From the NCBI GenBank assembly GCA_044347755.1, contig JBIKUE010000009.1:1933-65932 (forward strand): a stretch of 64,000 nucleotides of DNA. Direction: 5' to 3'. A program made the translations under genes and the position numbers. Below the pieces are notes generated by a model that saw only the letters and a program-made list of their open reading frames with translations, ran no database searches and was not told where the DNA came from. Positions 10,466 through 20,821 of the stretch are shown piece by piece; the stretch's first letter is position 1; every line of letters starts with the position of its first letter. Source of the DNA: Saprospiraceae bacterium (GTDB lineage Bacteria > Bacteroidota > Bacteroidia > Chitinophagales > Saprospiraceae).

Positions 10466-13330
10466 ATGAAAAAGCTGCTCCCTGTACTCCTGATATTTTT
10501 GCCCATCTTGCTAGCAGGCCAGGTTGATGCGGCAAGGCAAATAGACAGTCTGATTAACCTCTCCAAAACCATGATGAACCAGGGCAAAAGCGGATTCGCC
10601 GAGGCCCTGAAAGCTATTGAAACAGCCGAAACCCTTGCCCGAAATGGCTTTGGAGAACAAAGCACAGTATATGCCAAATGCCGGTTTCAGCACGGGCGCT
10701 TGCTGGATGTTTCAGGCAAAATGGATGAAGCAGAGCCTATTTACCAGGAAGTAAAAGCCATTCAGGAGAAAACCATCGGCAGAGAAAATGCAGAGTATGC
10801 CGCTACCGTATATCACCTGGCCAGCGTTACCAAAGACCTTGGCTATTACCCCGAAGCAGAGGCATTATATCTGGAAGCGCTCCGCATTCAGGAAAAAACA
10901 CCGGGAAAAGAACACCCCGACTATGCCCGCACGGTAAATTTCCTGGCCAATCTGTACCGTGCCACTGGCGAATACGACAAAGCGGAACCGCTTTGCCTCG
11001 AGTCCATGAGGATTCGGGAGCGGGTAATGGGCAAGGAAAATTCCGATTTTGCCTGGAGCTTGAACAGCCTTGCCAATGTTTATACCGAGAAAGGCGATTT
11101 CGACAAAGCCGAACCGCTCTACCTGGAATCCATGGCCATACGGGAACGGGTACTGGGCAAGGATCATCCGAACTATTCTGCAAGCATGAATAACCTCGGC
11201 TTTTTGTACGTCAAAAAAAGACGTTACGACCGCGCCGAAGCGCTTTACCTGGAAGCCAAAGAGCGTCGCGAACGCGTGCTGGGAAAGGAGCACCCGGCTT
11301 ATGCCGTTACGCTGAACAACCTGGCCGAACTGTATTTCCTGAAGCAGGAATACGACAAGGTAGAACCTTTGTACCAGGAAGCCAAGGACATACAAGCCAG
11401 CGTATTCGGTAAAGACCACCCGGATTATGCCCTAAGTCTGGATAACCTGGCAAGGCTTTACCTGGCTAAAAAGGAATTCATAAAAGCGGAAGCTTACTAC
11501 CTCGAAGCCCGGGATATCCGTCAAAAAGTATTCGGAAAAGATCATCCTGATTATGCCGGCAGCCTGTTCCATCTGGCCGGCTTTTATGCCTCTCAGTGGC
11601 AACCCGATAAAGCACGCGCTTATTTCCTGGAATACATACCACTGGTATGGAACCTCGTCAATAAATCGGCCCAATATTCATCGGAAGCGCAACAAAATGC
11701 TTATTTAAAAACCTTTAATATACAGACAGATCAGTTTTATGCATTTGCCATGGCACATCCGGATCCGGCGGTAACACAGATGGCATTTTCCAATGCGTTA
11801 TTTTTTAACGGCTATTTACTTGAAAACTCCAGGCTGCTTCTGCGCGCCTGCGATGCAGCCGATAGCCTGACACGGGCAACCTATATGCAATGGCAGGAGG
11901 CCAGGCGCAAACTGGCCAAACGCTACGCCAGACCTGTTTCTGAACGAAAAAAAATTGCAGCGGTAGAACAAGAAGCCGAAGCCCTGGAAAAAAACCTTTT
12001 ACACAATCTGCCGGCATTTGAGCAGTCGCGCAGTATCCCACAATGGGAAACCGTCCGCAATGCCCTTAAACCCGGGGAAACAGCCATCGAGTTCGTTCGT
12101 TTTCAGCGAGAATCGCCTAAAAGTATCCATTATGCGGCTTTAATGGTAAAGCCCGGTGCAGTGGCTCCTGAAATGATTCCGCTGTTTGAAGAGGGCGATC
12201 TGGAGAAACTGTTGCATACCACCGGAGAAAAAAAAGTGGATTATGTGGAAACGCTGTATTCCGTTCCAAAACGCGGGTTAATTGTGATGGAAACGCCTCG
12301 CAAAACCCTCTTTGAGTTGATCTGGAAACCCCTGATGCCACATCTGAAAGACTTCAATACCTTATATTTTGCTCCTGCCGGCTTGCTGCACCGTATCAAT
12401 CTGGGTGCAGTAGCTATTAACCAAGATTCCATAGTAGCCGACCGGTTTCGATTGATCGGACTGGGCAGCACTCGCCAGTTAGCGAGTACTGACACATTCC
12501 AAACGGTAAATGCCCGTGCCGAGCTGTTTGGCGGTATTCAGTTCGATATGGACTCCACGGCCATACTGAAAGCCAATGAAAATTTCCTTCAGACCGAAAC
12601 GACATCCAGGGGATTGGCTGTGGACCAGACCTTTTCCGATCAGGAGCAAGCCGGGCCTTTTCGGTTTTTAAAGGGCTCCGTTAAAGAAATAAATGCCCTT
12701 GCTGGCATTGTTAAAGAAGCCGGTTTTACCCCAAAAACGTGGTCCGGATTTGCTGCCACAGAGGAAGCCGTTAAATTTTTAGGCACCCGGGAAGAAGCAC
12801 CCAGGGTGCTACACCTGGCCACCCACGGCTATTTTTTCCCGGATCCCAAAGACAGTGTCACACTGAACATTCCGGTGGATGAAACCACCACGGGTTTCAT
12901 TGCCAGCAGTCATCCGCTCATTCGTTCCGGACTGGCCATGGCTGGCGCCAACTATGCCTGGAGCACCGGAAAATCCCTTAAAAAAGGCATGGAAAACGGC
13001 ATTCTCACAGCCTACGAGATCAGCCATCTCAACCTGCAAAACACCGAATTGGTGGTGCTCTCTGCCTGCGAAACCGGCTTGGGGGACATTGAAGGGAACG
13101 AAGGAGTATACGGTCTGCAACGTTCGTTTAAATTAGCCGGGGCCAAATACCTCATCATGAGCCTGTGGAAAGTGCAGGATTATCAAACCCAGGAATTGAT
13201 GACCGCTTTCTACCGCTACTGGCTACTGGACAAACAAACCATTCCGGAGGCTTTCAGGTCCGCTCAGCTGGAGATGCGGGAGCGTTATGAAAATCCTTAT
13301 TTCTGGGCGGGTTTTGTGTTGATGGAGTGA
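10466..13330 (+). CDS. TPR-repeat protein with C-terminal CHAT (caspase-like) domain and N-terminal signal peptide
   Basis: N-terminus MKKLLPVLLIFLPILLAGQ. About eight 42-aa repeats match the pattern AEPLYLEA..IRE.VLGK.HPDYA..LNNLA.LY. The CHAT-like dyad contexts HLATHGYF and VLSACETG are present. Confidence 0.9.
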   Translation: MKKLLPVLLIFLPILLAGQVDAARQIDSLINLSKTMMNQGKSGFAEALKAIETAETLARNGFGEQSTVYAKCRFQHGRLLDVSGKMDEAEPIYQEVKAIQEKTIGRENAEYAATVYHLASVTKDLGYYPEAEALYLEALRIQEKTPGKEHPDYARTVNFLANLYRATGEYDKAEPLCLESMRIRERVMGKENSDFAWSLNSLANVYTEKGDFDKAEPLYLESMAIRERVLGKDHPNYSASMNNLGFLYVKKRRYDRAEALYLEAKERRERVLGKEHPAYAVTLNNLAELYFLKQEYDKVEPLYQEAKDIQASVFGKDHPDYALSLDNLARLYLAKKEFIKAEAYYLEARDIRQKVFGKDHPDYAGSLFHLAGFYASQWQPDKARAYFLEYIPLVWNLVNKSAQYSSEAQQNAYLKTFNIQTDQFYAFAMAHPDPAVTQMAFSNALFFNGYLLENSRLLLRACDAADSLTRATYMQWQEARRKLAKRYARPVSERKKIAAVEQEAEALEKNLLHNLPAFEQSRSIPQWETVRNALKPGETAIEFVRFQRESPKSIHYAALMVKPGAVAPEMIPLFEEGDLEKLLHTTGEKKVDYVETLYSVPKRGLIVMETPRKTLFELIWKPLMPHLKDFNTLYFAPAGLLHRINLGAVAINQDSIVADRFRLIGLGSTRQLASTDTFQTVNARAELFGGIQFDMDSTAILKANENFLQTETTSRGLAVDQTFSDQEQAGPFRFLKGSVKEINALAGIVKEAGFTPKTWSGFAATEEAVKFLGTREEAPRVLHLATHGYFFPDPKDSVTLNIPVDETTTGFIASSHPLIRSGLAMAGANYAWSTGKSLKKGMENGILTAYEISHLNLQNTELVVLSACETGLGDIEGNEGVYGLQRSFKLAGAKYLIMSLWKVQDYQTQELMTAFYRYWLLDKQTIPEAFRSAQLEMRERYENPYFWAGFVLME

Positions 13331-13358
13331 ATTGGCGCCTCGGGTAACGAAAATATAT

Positions 13359-14513
13359 CTACACCCCAACCATCTCCCGCACCGGCAAAATCCCCTTCAG
13401 TTTCTCCACCACAAAATCCACTTCCTCGCGGGTGTTGTAGTGGGAAAAGGAGAAGCGAATGCTTTTACGGGCCGGATCGGCGTGAATGGCTTCCAGCACG
13501 TGGCTGCCCTTTTCAGAGCCGCTGGAACAGGCTGAGCCGCCGGAACAACTGATGCCGGCAATATCCATGCTCAGGAGCAACAGTTCGTTTTTCGGGTTGG
13601 GCGGGAACGACACATTCAATACGGTGTACAGGCTCTGACCATTGTAGTCGCCGTTGAACTGGACGCCTTCAAAGGTTTCCTCCAGCCTGCTTTTCAGGTA
13701 ATTTCTGATTTCTGATATTTGAGCTACTCTGGCCTCCATTTCGTTGGTGGCCAGCTCCAGTGCTTTAGCCAGGCCCACTATACCGTACACGTTTTCGGTG
13801 CCTCCACGCATATTGCGCTCCTGCGCACCGCCATCGATAAACGGCTTGATGGGCGTTTCCGGATTGATGTAGATGAACCCCACCCCCTTGGGGCCGTGGA
13901 ATTTATGCGCTGCGCCGGAAAGGAAATTAACCTGTGTTTCCTGAACGTTCACAGGGAAATGCCCTACTGTTTGTACCGTATCGGAATGAAACAGGGCGCC
14001 GTACTGCTTGCAAAGTCCGGACACCAATCCGAGATCGATCATCGTGCCGATTTCATTGTTGGCGTGCATGAGCGACACCAGCGTTTTTTTACCATTGCTG
14101 TTTTGCAGGGCAACTTCGAGTGCCTTGTAATCCGGCCTACCCAGGGCATCCACCGGAAGCCAAACTACCTCCACCCCGTTTACTTTTTCCACCGTTTCGA
14201 TGGCGTGGGTACCGCAGTGGTGTTCGGTAGGGCTGGAAATGATGCGTTGCACCCCGAGGTCACGCACAGCACATTTGATGGCCATATTGTTGCTTTCCGT
14301 GCCACCGGAAGTGAAAAAGATCTCGCCGGTACCTGCTCCAATACATTGAGCAACGGTTTTTCGGGCCGCTTCAACAGCTGCACGCACACTGCGTCCTTCC
14401 GCATGAATACTGGAAGGATTGCCGTACTGGCCACGCAACACAGGCAGCATGGCATTGATTACTTCTTCAGAAATAGGGGTGGTGGCAGCGTTGTCGAAAT
14501 AAACTCTTTGCAT
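13359..14513 (-). CDS. cysteine desulfurase family protein (class V aminotransferase, NifS/IscS-like)
   Basis: 384 aa. PLP-lysine context SGAAHKFHGPKGVG and catalytic Cys loop SGGSACSSG. Confidence 0.9.
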   Translation of the reverse strand: MQRVYFDNAATTPISEEVINAMLPVLRGQYGNPSSIHAEGRSVRAAVEAARKTVAQCIGAGTGEIFFTSGGTESNNMAIKCAVRDLGVQRIISSPTEHHCGTHAIETVEKVNGVEVVWLPVDALGRPDYKALEVALQNSNGKKTLVSLMHANNEIGTMIDLGLVSGLCKQYGALFHSDTVQTVGHFPVNVQETQVNFLSGAAHKFHGPKGVGFIYINPETPIKPFIDGGAQERNMRGGTENVYGIVGLAKALELATNEMEARVAQISEIRNYLKSRLEETFEGVQFNGDYNGQSLYTVLNVSFPPNPKNELLLLSMDIAGISCSGGSACSSGSEKGSHVLEAIHADPARKSIRFSFSHYNTREEVDFVVEKLKGILPVREMVGV

Positions 14514-14648
14514 GGTTAAGGATGGACGGTAGACGGTTAACGGTGGACGGTATAGGGTTGGGCGTTGGAATTGTTTAGCAAAACATTGGAATCATGCATT
14601 TTCCTGATCAAGTCTTACGTCCAATGTAAAATTGGCCAAGGTCTAATA

Positions 14649-15090
14649 TCACGAAACCAACCGGCGGTGGTAGTTCACCTGTCCCAAATGGTAGTTCAGG
14701 TGCGTAAGCAAATGTAACAACATATATCGGTTGCTCACCACCTGTCCGTGTTTTTCCAGTGGATATGTTTTATCAAAATGTGCTTCAGAAAAAGACTGAA
14801 GCACATTTTTAATATCGGTGCGTGCTTCGTCAATACCGGCAAGCAATTCCTCCCGGGGAACATTTCGCAGGGAAAATTCCAGTTCCCGTTGGCGAATATA
14901 GCCCGTATTGCCCAGAATTGCTCCAACAAAATGTCTGAGATTGCCCGTAAGGTGCAAGCAAAGGGTGCCGGCGGAATTGGCTATTCCATCCCGAACCGCC
15001 CAAATGTGATGACTCATCAGCATAAAGGCCAATTTCTTCACGAAGTTTGAGTAGTTCGCGCTCAAAAAATTCAAGAAGGGTTGGAGACAT
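14649..15090 (-). pseudogene. DinB-family (DUF1572-like) protein with an apparent frameshift near 14995-15012
   Basis: ORF 14830..15090 encodes a DinB-like first helix (MSPTLLEFFERELLKLREEIGLYADESSHL) and then nonsense. ORF 14649..15200 encodes the remainder in another frame (HIWAVRDGIANSAGTLCLHLTGNLRHF...LLHLLTHLNYHLGQVNYH). The joined length of ~147 aa fits the family. Confidence 0.55.
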
Positions 15091-15091
15091 G

Positions 15092-15265
15092 GAATTTCCG
15101 ATTTACAACTTCCGATTTCCGATTTCCGAATGGGATTTAGGATTTGCGATTGGGGTAGCAAAGGTATGGTATTTTGCTCGAAACCGGTGGAAATCCCCAT
15201 TCGGAAATCCCCATTCGAAAATCCAATTCGGAAATCGGAAATCGGAAATTGTAAATCGGAAATTC
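15092..15265. repeat. intergenic 40-nt inverted repeat built from the word tccgattt
   Basis: gaatttccgatttacaacttccgatttccgatttccgaat (about 15092-15131) pairs with attcggaaatcggaaatcggaaattgtaaatcggaaattc (about 15226-15265). It is near-perfect and fills the gap between the glmM stop and the DinB start. Confidence 0.85.
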
Positions 15266-15266
15266 T

Positions 15267-16646
15267 CTACCTCACCTCCCCAATATCAGCCATTATTTTC
15301 TTGGCCAGATTGGCGGCTATCACCTCTGAATGACTTTCGGAATATACCCGGATGATGGGTTCTGTATTGGAGGGACGCAGATGCACCCAGCCATCTGCGA
15401 AGTCTATTTTGAGTCCGTCTTCGGTGTTAATTTCCTCCCGGTGATATTTTTCTTTCAAGGCAACAAATATCTTTTCCAGATCAATCTCGGGAGAGCGGTC
15501 CAGTTTGGTTTTGGCCATCCGGTAATCCGGATAGGTGTTACGCAGCGTGGAAATATGTTTACCAAAGTGTGCCAGGTGACTCAAAAACAAGGCTATCCCG
15601 GCCAGCGCATCCCGGCCGTAGTGTAATTCCGGCACTATAACCCCACCGTTGCCTTCACCACCAATGACCGCTTTCACGGCTTTCATTTTTTCTACCACAT
15701 TCACTTCGCCCACCGCTGCGGCAAAATATTCGCCACCGTATTTCTGAGTAACATCTCTGAGCGCCCGCGTGCTGCTAAGGTTGGAAACGGTATTGCCGCC
15801 TCCACGTTTAGACAGGACATAGTCTGCTACGGCTACTAGCGTGTATTCCTCTCCAAACAATTCACCATCTTCACACATGAACACGAGACGATCCACATCC
15901 GGGTCTACCGCAATGCCCAGATGGGCTTTTTGGCGTTGTACCTCTGTGGCCAATGTGCCTAGATGTTCTTTCAACGGCTCGGGATTGTGGGCAAAATGAC
16001 CGTTTACTTCTCCATTCACCACGCTGCACTGGCAACCCAGTGCTTCCAGCAGCGGTGGCACTGATAAAGCGCCGGTGGAATTAATCGCATCCACCACAAT
16101 TTTAAAGCCTTTGGCGCGCACTGCTTCCACATCCACCAGAGGCAGGGCCAGGATTTGATCAATATGCTTGCGGATATAAGTGTCGTCCGTACGATAAGCG
16201 CCCAGTTTATCAACACTTGCGTATTCAACTGATTTTTCCGCTACTTTTTTTAAAACCGCCGCGCCGTCGGCCGCGCTGATGAACTCACCTTTATGATTGA
16301 GAAGCTTCAGGGCATTCCACTCCTTGGGATTGTGGCTGGCGGTGAGGATAATGCCACCTCCGGCTTTTTCCAGAGGAACAGCTATTTCAACCGTAGGCGT
16401 TGTACTCAGGCCCAGATCCACCACGGATATGCCCATGCTGCGCAGGGTATTGATTACCAATGCGGAAGCAATTTCGCCGGAAATACGGCCATCACGCCCT
16501 ACTACAATATTGGAGTTTCCGGTAGTTTCCAGCACCCACTGTCCGAAGGCGGCGGTACATTCTACAATATCCTGCGGCGTAAGGTTGTCGCCCGGGCGGC
16601 CACCGATGGTGCCGCGGAAGCCGGAAATAGATTTAATGAGTGGCAA
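15267..16646 (-). CDS. glmM: phosphoglucosamine mutase
   Basis: 459 aa. N-terminus MPLIKSISGFRGTIGGRPGDNLTP. The phosphoserine loop TASHNPKEWNALK and length match the Bacteroidota GlmM type. Confidence 0.85.
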   Translation of the reverse strand: MPLIKSISGFRGTIGGRPGDNLTPQDIVECTAAFGQWVLETTGNSNIVVGRDGRISGEIASALVINTLRSMGISVVDLGLSTTPTVEIAVPLEKAGGGIILTASHNPKEWNALKLLNHKGEFISAADGAAVLKKVAEKSVEYASVDKLGAYRTDDTYIRKHIDQILALPLVDVEAVRAKGFKIVVDAINSTGALSVPPLLEALGCQCSVVNGEVNGHFAHNPEPLKEHLGTLATEVQRQKAHLGIAVDPDVDRLVFMCEDGELFGEEYTLVAVADYVLSKRGGGNTVSNLSSTRALRDVTQKYGGEYFAAAVGEVNVVEKMKAVKAVIGGEGNGGVIVPELHYGRDALAGIALFLSHLAHFGKHISTLRNTYPDYRMAKTKLDRSPEIDLEKIFVALKEKYHREEINTEDGLKIDFADGWVHLRPSNTEPIIRVYSESHSEVIAANLAKKIMADIGEVR

Positions 16647-16771
16647 GTAGGTATAAGGTTAGTTTAATAAATAAGGCTGCAAAGGTACGTAGGGATTTTG
16701 TTTAGAGGGGATGAAATAGATGTAGGCTGTAAAATGACAAAGCAAGGGTCGCATATAACCTGTTTACGGCA

Positions 16772-16962
16772 CAGAAACGTGAGGCATCCCGAATTTTCAG
16801 GTTGCTCCTGTTTGTTTTCTTAAATAGCGTAGCAGACCTCGCAAGAGGTCCCTCATTCACCTAATCCACGGTGCTACAAAGGTTGGACCTCTTGCGAGGT
16901 CTGCTACGCTATTTTAAACGGAACATAAGCCTCTGAAAAATTAGGGATACCTAACGTTTCTG
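16772..16962. repeat. ~190-nt nested palindromic intergenic element
   Basis: Outer arms are cagaaacgtgaggcatcccgaattttcag and ctctgaaaaattagggatacctaacgtttctg. Inner arms are a perfect 30-nt pair: aaatagcgtagcagacctcgcaagaggtcc (16822-16851) and ggacctcttgcgaggtctgctacgctattt (16885-16914). Confidence 0.8.
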
Positions 16963-16978
16963 CTTCAAACACATTTGG

Positions 16979-17890
16979 CTATTCTATCACAATTCTTTTC
17001 TCTCTGGCGAGTGTAAAGATCCCAAGGCCGTCTTTCAGGTTGTTGAATACAGAAATAGGCTCCACCAGAAAATTCTCCTCTGAATTCAGTTTTTCCAGAT
17101 ACGATCGCGACCACTTGTAGTAATCTTCCGTGATATTCCTGACCTGAATCAGATATGGATTGGAATTAGCATATACCTGCGCCTGGAACTTATAGGTTTT
17201 GCCCTCAAAAAATTGATCGCTGAATAAAGCACCGCCTTGAATTCCATTTAGCACTGAAGGATCTGAAAAGTCTTCCGGATACAAGTTATAGGAATCAAAA
17301 AAAATAGTATCCGGCTCGCCGGTAACCGGGTCTTCTCCGATGTTAAATAGCAGGGTAAAAATCTTCACTTCATAATAGTTGCGTACACCAGGCGCATCCT
17401 GAATGTACACATCTATCAAATCATACACATCTCCAAAAGGCCCGGATATGGCCTCCCGTTTCACTTTTGCTGAATCCAGTTGGAAATCGCCCGGCACTAC
17501 CTGGGTAGCTTCCACTAAAGGAAAATCTGGATGCGTGGCACGCACCGTGTACGTCTGTCCAATCTGGAATGGTTCCGGTAACGTACCGCTCAGCAGAAAA
17601 CTACTGTCGGTGCTTACGGGCTGTAGCGCAAGCCAGGGCTGGCCGTTTTTCAACAACTCCACAGAGCCGCCATATACCAAATACTGGTTCTGACTTGGTA
17701 CATATTCCAAAATGCCAAAATTTCGTGTCAAAATCACTTCTGCTACCGTATCCTGATCAGATAAGTTCAGGTGAAAAGAAAGTTGTTTTTCATAAGGAGG
17801 TGGATCAATTTCCACGGTTTGACTAAAGAAGCTTTCGCAGGATGTTAGTGCGATGGAGCTCAGGCAAAGTATGATGAGGATATTTTTCAT
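16979..17890 (-). CDS. DUF4249-like lipoprotein, the usual partner of a CarboxypepD_reg TonB-dependent receptor
   Basis: ORF 16979..17992 trimmed to the ATG at comp. 17890 (MKNILIILCLSSIALTSC lipobox). It lies immediately downstream of the TonB-dependent receptor gene. The family call rests on context, size and by-eye similarity only. Confidence 0.65.
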   Translation of the reverse strand: MKNILIILCLSSIALTSCESFFSQTVEIDPPPYEKQLSFHLNLSDQDTVAEVILTRNFGILEYVPSQNQYLVYGGSVELLKNGQPWLALQPVSTDSSFLLSGTLPEPFQIGQTYTVRATHPDFPLVEATQVVPGDFQLDSAKVKREAISGPFGDVYDLIDVYIQDAPGVRNYYEVKIFTLLFNIGEDPVTGEPDTIFFDSYNLYPEDFSDPSVLNGIQGGALFSDQFFEGKTYKFQAQVYANSNPYLIQVRNITEDYYKWSRSYLEKLNSEENFLVEPISVFNNLKDGLGIFTLAREKRIVIE

Positions 17891-17999
17891 GTGTGTGTTG
17901 GACGGTTGACGGTTAACGGTGGACGACCTACGGTAGCGAATTGGCTCTTTGGTTCCTGGACTAAAAGAAAATCCCAGGGGTGCCGCTACCATCCGCGGT

Positions 18000-20405
18000 T
18001 TAGAATTTAAAACTCCAGGCGATGTAAGGAATAATGGGGAAAAGTGCCGCTTTTTTGAGCACCGTGCGATCTTCTCCGTTCACCTCTTCGTCTTCCGTGA
18101 ACAGGAAGAATGGGTTTTTGCGATTGTAGGCATTATAAGCGCCAAAAGCCCAGGTGCGTTTGTACCGGCGTTTTTGTTTGGTAAACTCAAAACCAATGTC
18201 GAGCCGGTTATAAGACGGCATCCGGAAATTGTTCCGCTCAGGTGTGTGCGTTACCTGTTGCAGGTAGTTGCTGTAAGTATAATCACTTGGCCCCAGGTAT
18301 TTGGAGGTGCCGAAGGTGACAGCATTACCGGTAGAATACACCCAGCTGCCCGACATAGAGAACCGCTTGGTGAACTGATACGATCCGGTGATCTCAAAAT
18401 CATGTCGGCGGTCGTATTTGTATGGGAACACTTCCCCGAAATTGATATCGTCAAACTGGCGGGTGGCCCAGGACAATGTATATCCCACCCAACCGCTGAG
18501 TTTTCCGGTTTTTTTCTGCACAAAAAATTCGGCGCCATAAGCCGTTCCATCTCCTTGTGAAACCCTGTTTTCCCAATCCTGAAACTGCAACAAACTGGAT
18601 CCTTCCTTGAAGGCTATCACGTTTTTCATTTCCTTGTAATACAGTTCCACGCTGAATTCGTAATCCTTTCCAAGCGTTTTTGCGGTACCAATAGCAACCT
18701 GCCAGGCATCCTGAGGTTTTACTTTTTTGGTGGTTGGCAGCCACAAATCTGTTGGCAAACCGATGGTTTCGTTGGTCAGCAGGTGTATGTACTGGCGCAT
18801 CGTGCTGAAGCCTGCTTTTACAGACCAGCCCCGGCCGAATAAATAGCGCGCATTGAGCCTGGGCTGAAGAGAGAAATAAGGTTTCCCGGCAAGGGCAAAG
18901 CCCGAAAAGTGCAGGCCATAGTTGACCCGCCATTGGGCATTAATTTTCCAGTCGTCTTCTGCATAGGCGGCAAACTCGGTGGCCCGGACATTGTCCTGAA
19001 TGTAATTGGCGGTATTGCTCAGGGTGTCAAACCCCTCTTCAAAGGAATAAAAACTCGATTTGAAGGTACCCGGCCTGAAAGTGTGCAGTATGGCATTGGC
19101 TCCAAAACGAATGTAATGTTCCGGACTCGGCACATAATCAAAATCTACCTTGGCAGCCACATCATCAATACCGGAAAAATAATTCAGGTCAAACCGGTTT
19201 TCTGTAACCAAACGCCCATTTTCAAAATCGCGACTTTCAAATCCGGTACTGGTATTAAACCGGTAACGGCTATAGGTGATGGTCGTATTGGCAAAAAGCT
19301 TGGGATTCAGAATATGGTTCCAGCGCAATGCCGAGGTAACATTTCCCCAGCCTAAACCAGCCTTAAACCGATCTTCATAACCCGGGTCTTTTTCGCCAAA
19401 ATCTGAATAAAATTTATCCTTTCCTGTATAAAAACTGAGGTAAACCCGGTCTTTTTTTCCAAAACGGTAATTGACCTTGGCATTGATATCATCAAAAAAA
19501 TACCCTACAACGCCATCGCTACCATCGGAACGAAACCCGGCTTTGATGAGCGGCCGGGCCAGGATATCAATGTAGGTTCGGCGGCCTGAAACTATAAACG
19601 AGGACTTGCCTTTTTTGATTGGGCCTTCCAGGGTGAGCTTGGACGCCACCAAACCGATAGTCCCCTCTCCATGAAATTCGTTTTCATTGCCTTCTTTCAT
19701 GTTGATCTCTATCACCGACGATAGGCGCCCCCCATAACGTGCCGGGAATCCGCCTTTGATGAGCGACACATCTTTCACGGCATCCGGATTAAACACTGAG
19801 AAAAAGCCAAACAGGTGGGATACGTTGTACACCGGTACACCATCGAGCAGGATCAGGTTTTGATCAGGGCCGCCGCCGCGCACGTAGATGCCGCTTTGGC
19901 CTTCGCCGCCACCGGAAACACCAGGCAGCAATTGCAAGGCTTTGAGGACGTCTTTTTCGCCCAGAAAGGCCGGTACGTTTTTGATTTGCTGAATGGGAAT
20001 ATCAATCCGGCCCATTTGGGCGCGTTCTTCCACGCGTTCATAGCGTTGGGCCACTACTTCCACTTCTTTGAGCGTGGAGTTATCGGTCATGCCCACGTTT
20101 TGCTCTACATTGCTATTCAGCAGCAATCGGAAAGCTTCCGGTTTGTACCCTATATAGGTAATGACAATCAGGGCAGAATCAGCCGGCAGGGTCAGACTGT
20201 AAAAGCCGAAAGTATTGGTAACGGTGCCTTTTCCGGATTTCAGATCCCGCACAGTTGCCCCGATCAGGTGTTCGCCGCTGGCTTGGTCGGTAACCGTTCC
20301 GCTGATGGTATAGCGGCCTTGCGCGCATACCGATAAGGTACTGAAAAGGAGGGGTAAAAGGAGGATTGTCCTCCAGGGAGAGTAGCTTAGGTGTTTTCTT
20401 CGCAT
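18000..20405 (-). CDS. TonB-dependent outer-membrane receptor with N-terminal carboxypeptidase-regulatory-like domain
   Basis: 801 aa with a signal peptide. GRYTISGTVTDQASGEHLIGATVRDLKSGKGTVTNTFGFYSL is CarboxypepD_reg-like. Plug-domain motifs follow, the beta-barrel part is rich in aromatics, and the protein ends in F (...AWSFKF). Confidence 0.9.
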   Translation of the reverse strand: MRRKHLSYSPWRTILLLPLLFSTLSVCAQGRYTISGTVTDQASGEHLIGATVRDLKSGKGTVTNTFGFYSLTLPADSALIVITYIGYKPEAFRLLLNSNVEQNVGMTDNSTLKEVEVVAQRYERVEERAQMGRIDIPIQQIKNVPAFLGEKDVLKALQLLPGVSGGGEGQSGIYVRGGGPDQNLILLDGVPVYNVSHLFGFFSVFNPDAVKDVSLIKGGFPARYGGRLSSVIEINMKEGNENEFHGEGTIGLVASKLTLEGPIKKGKSSFIVSGRRTYIDILARPLIKAGFRSDGSDGVVGYFFDDINAKVNYRFGKKDRVYLSFYTGKDKFYSDFGEKDPGYEDRFKAGLGWGNVTSALRWNHILNPKLFANTTITYSRYRFNTSTGFESRDFENGRLVTENRFDLNYFSGIDDVAAKVDFDYVPSPEHYIRFGANAILHTFRPGTFKSSFYSFEEGFDTLSNTANYIQDNVRATEFAAYAEDDWKINAQWRVNYGLHFSGFALAGKPYFSLQPRLNARYLFGRGWSVKAGFSTMRQYIHLLTNETIGLPTDLWLPTTKKVKPQDAWQVAIGTAKTLGKDYEFSVELYYKEMKNVIAFKEGSSLLQFQDWENRVSQGDGTAYGAEFFVQKKTGKLSGWVGYTLSWATRQFDDINFGEVFPYKYDRRHDFEITGSYQFTKRFSMSGSWVYSTGNAVTFGTSKYLGPSDYTYSNYLQQVTHTPERNNFRMPSYNRLDIGFEFTKQKRRYKRTWAFGAYNAYNRKNPFFLFTEDEEVNGEDRTVLKKAALFPIIPYIAWSFKF

Positions 20406-20556
20406 AAAAGTCCGGGTTTAAATGTTGGATCAAATGACGAGGCAAAAGCGGAAGGGGTTGGATTGCATTGTGGCTAATTGTGTTTTTTTTAACATGAATG
20501 GAGGGGAAGGAGTCGTTTGGGGTCATTTTTTGGTCGTTGGCAATGCTCGGGCAACG

Positions 20557-20663
20557 GTCATCCTGAGCGCAGCGAAGGATCTGGCCAAAGCCAATGGAGT
20601 GGTAAAAATCTATGAAAGCTCGTAATTAATCATTGTCAGATCCTTTACTGTGCTCAGCATGAC
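20557..20663. repeat. inverted repeat of the gtcatcctgagcgcagcgaaggatct family
   Basis: gtcatcctgagcgcagcgaaggatctg (20557-20583) pairs with cagatcctttactgtgctcagcatgac (20637-20663). A second member of the same family is at 33079-33187. Confidence 0.8.
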
Positions 20664-20821
20664 AACCCACGTTACCCAAATATTAAAATCATGGAAAATC
20701 AGCTATATAGGTTGTAGTCTTGGCTAGGTGGAAGCGTTATAACTAACCCCCGGATTGCTCTTGTTTTGGCAAGACCGGGCGAGGCGTAAAAAAATAGATT
20801 TCATTGTCCTTGATCCGAAAA

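Noticed and set aside
10466-13330. CHAT protein as part of a CRISPR-associated (Craspase-like) or other defence operon
   Set aside because: There are no cas, cyclase, effector or other defence genes nearby, and the protein has a signal peptide. It is reported only as a stand-alone curiosity.
13719-14519. 266-aa plus-strand ORF
   Set aside because: It is a shadow ORF fully inside the cysteine desulfurase gene on the opposite strand, and the desulfurase has clear family motifs. The same reasoning applies to 51095-52087, 53067-53996, 60400-61227, 34434-35246, 8115-8906, 2755-3438 and 10865-11419.
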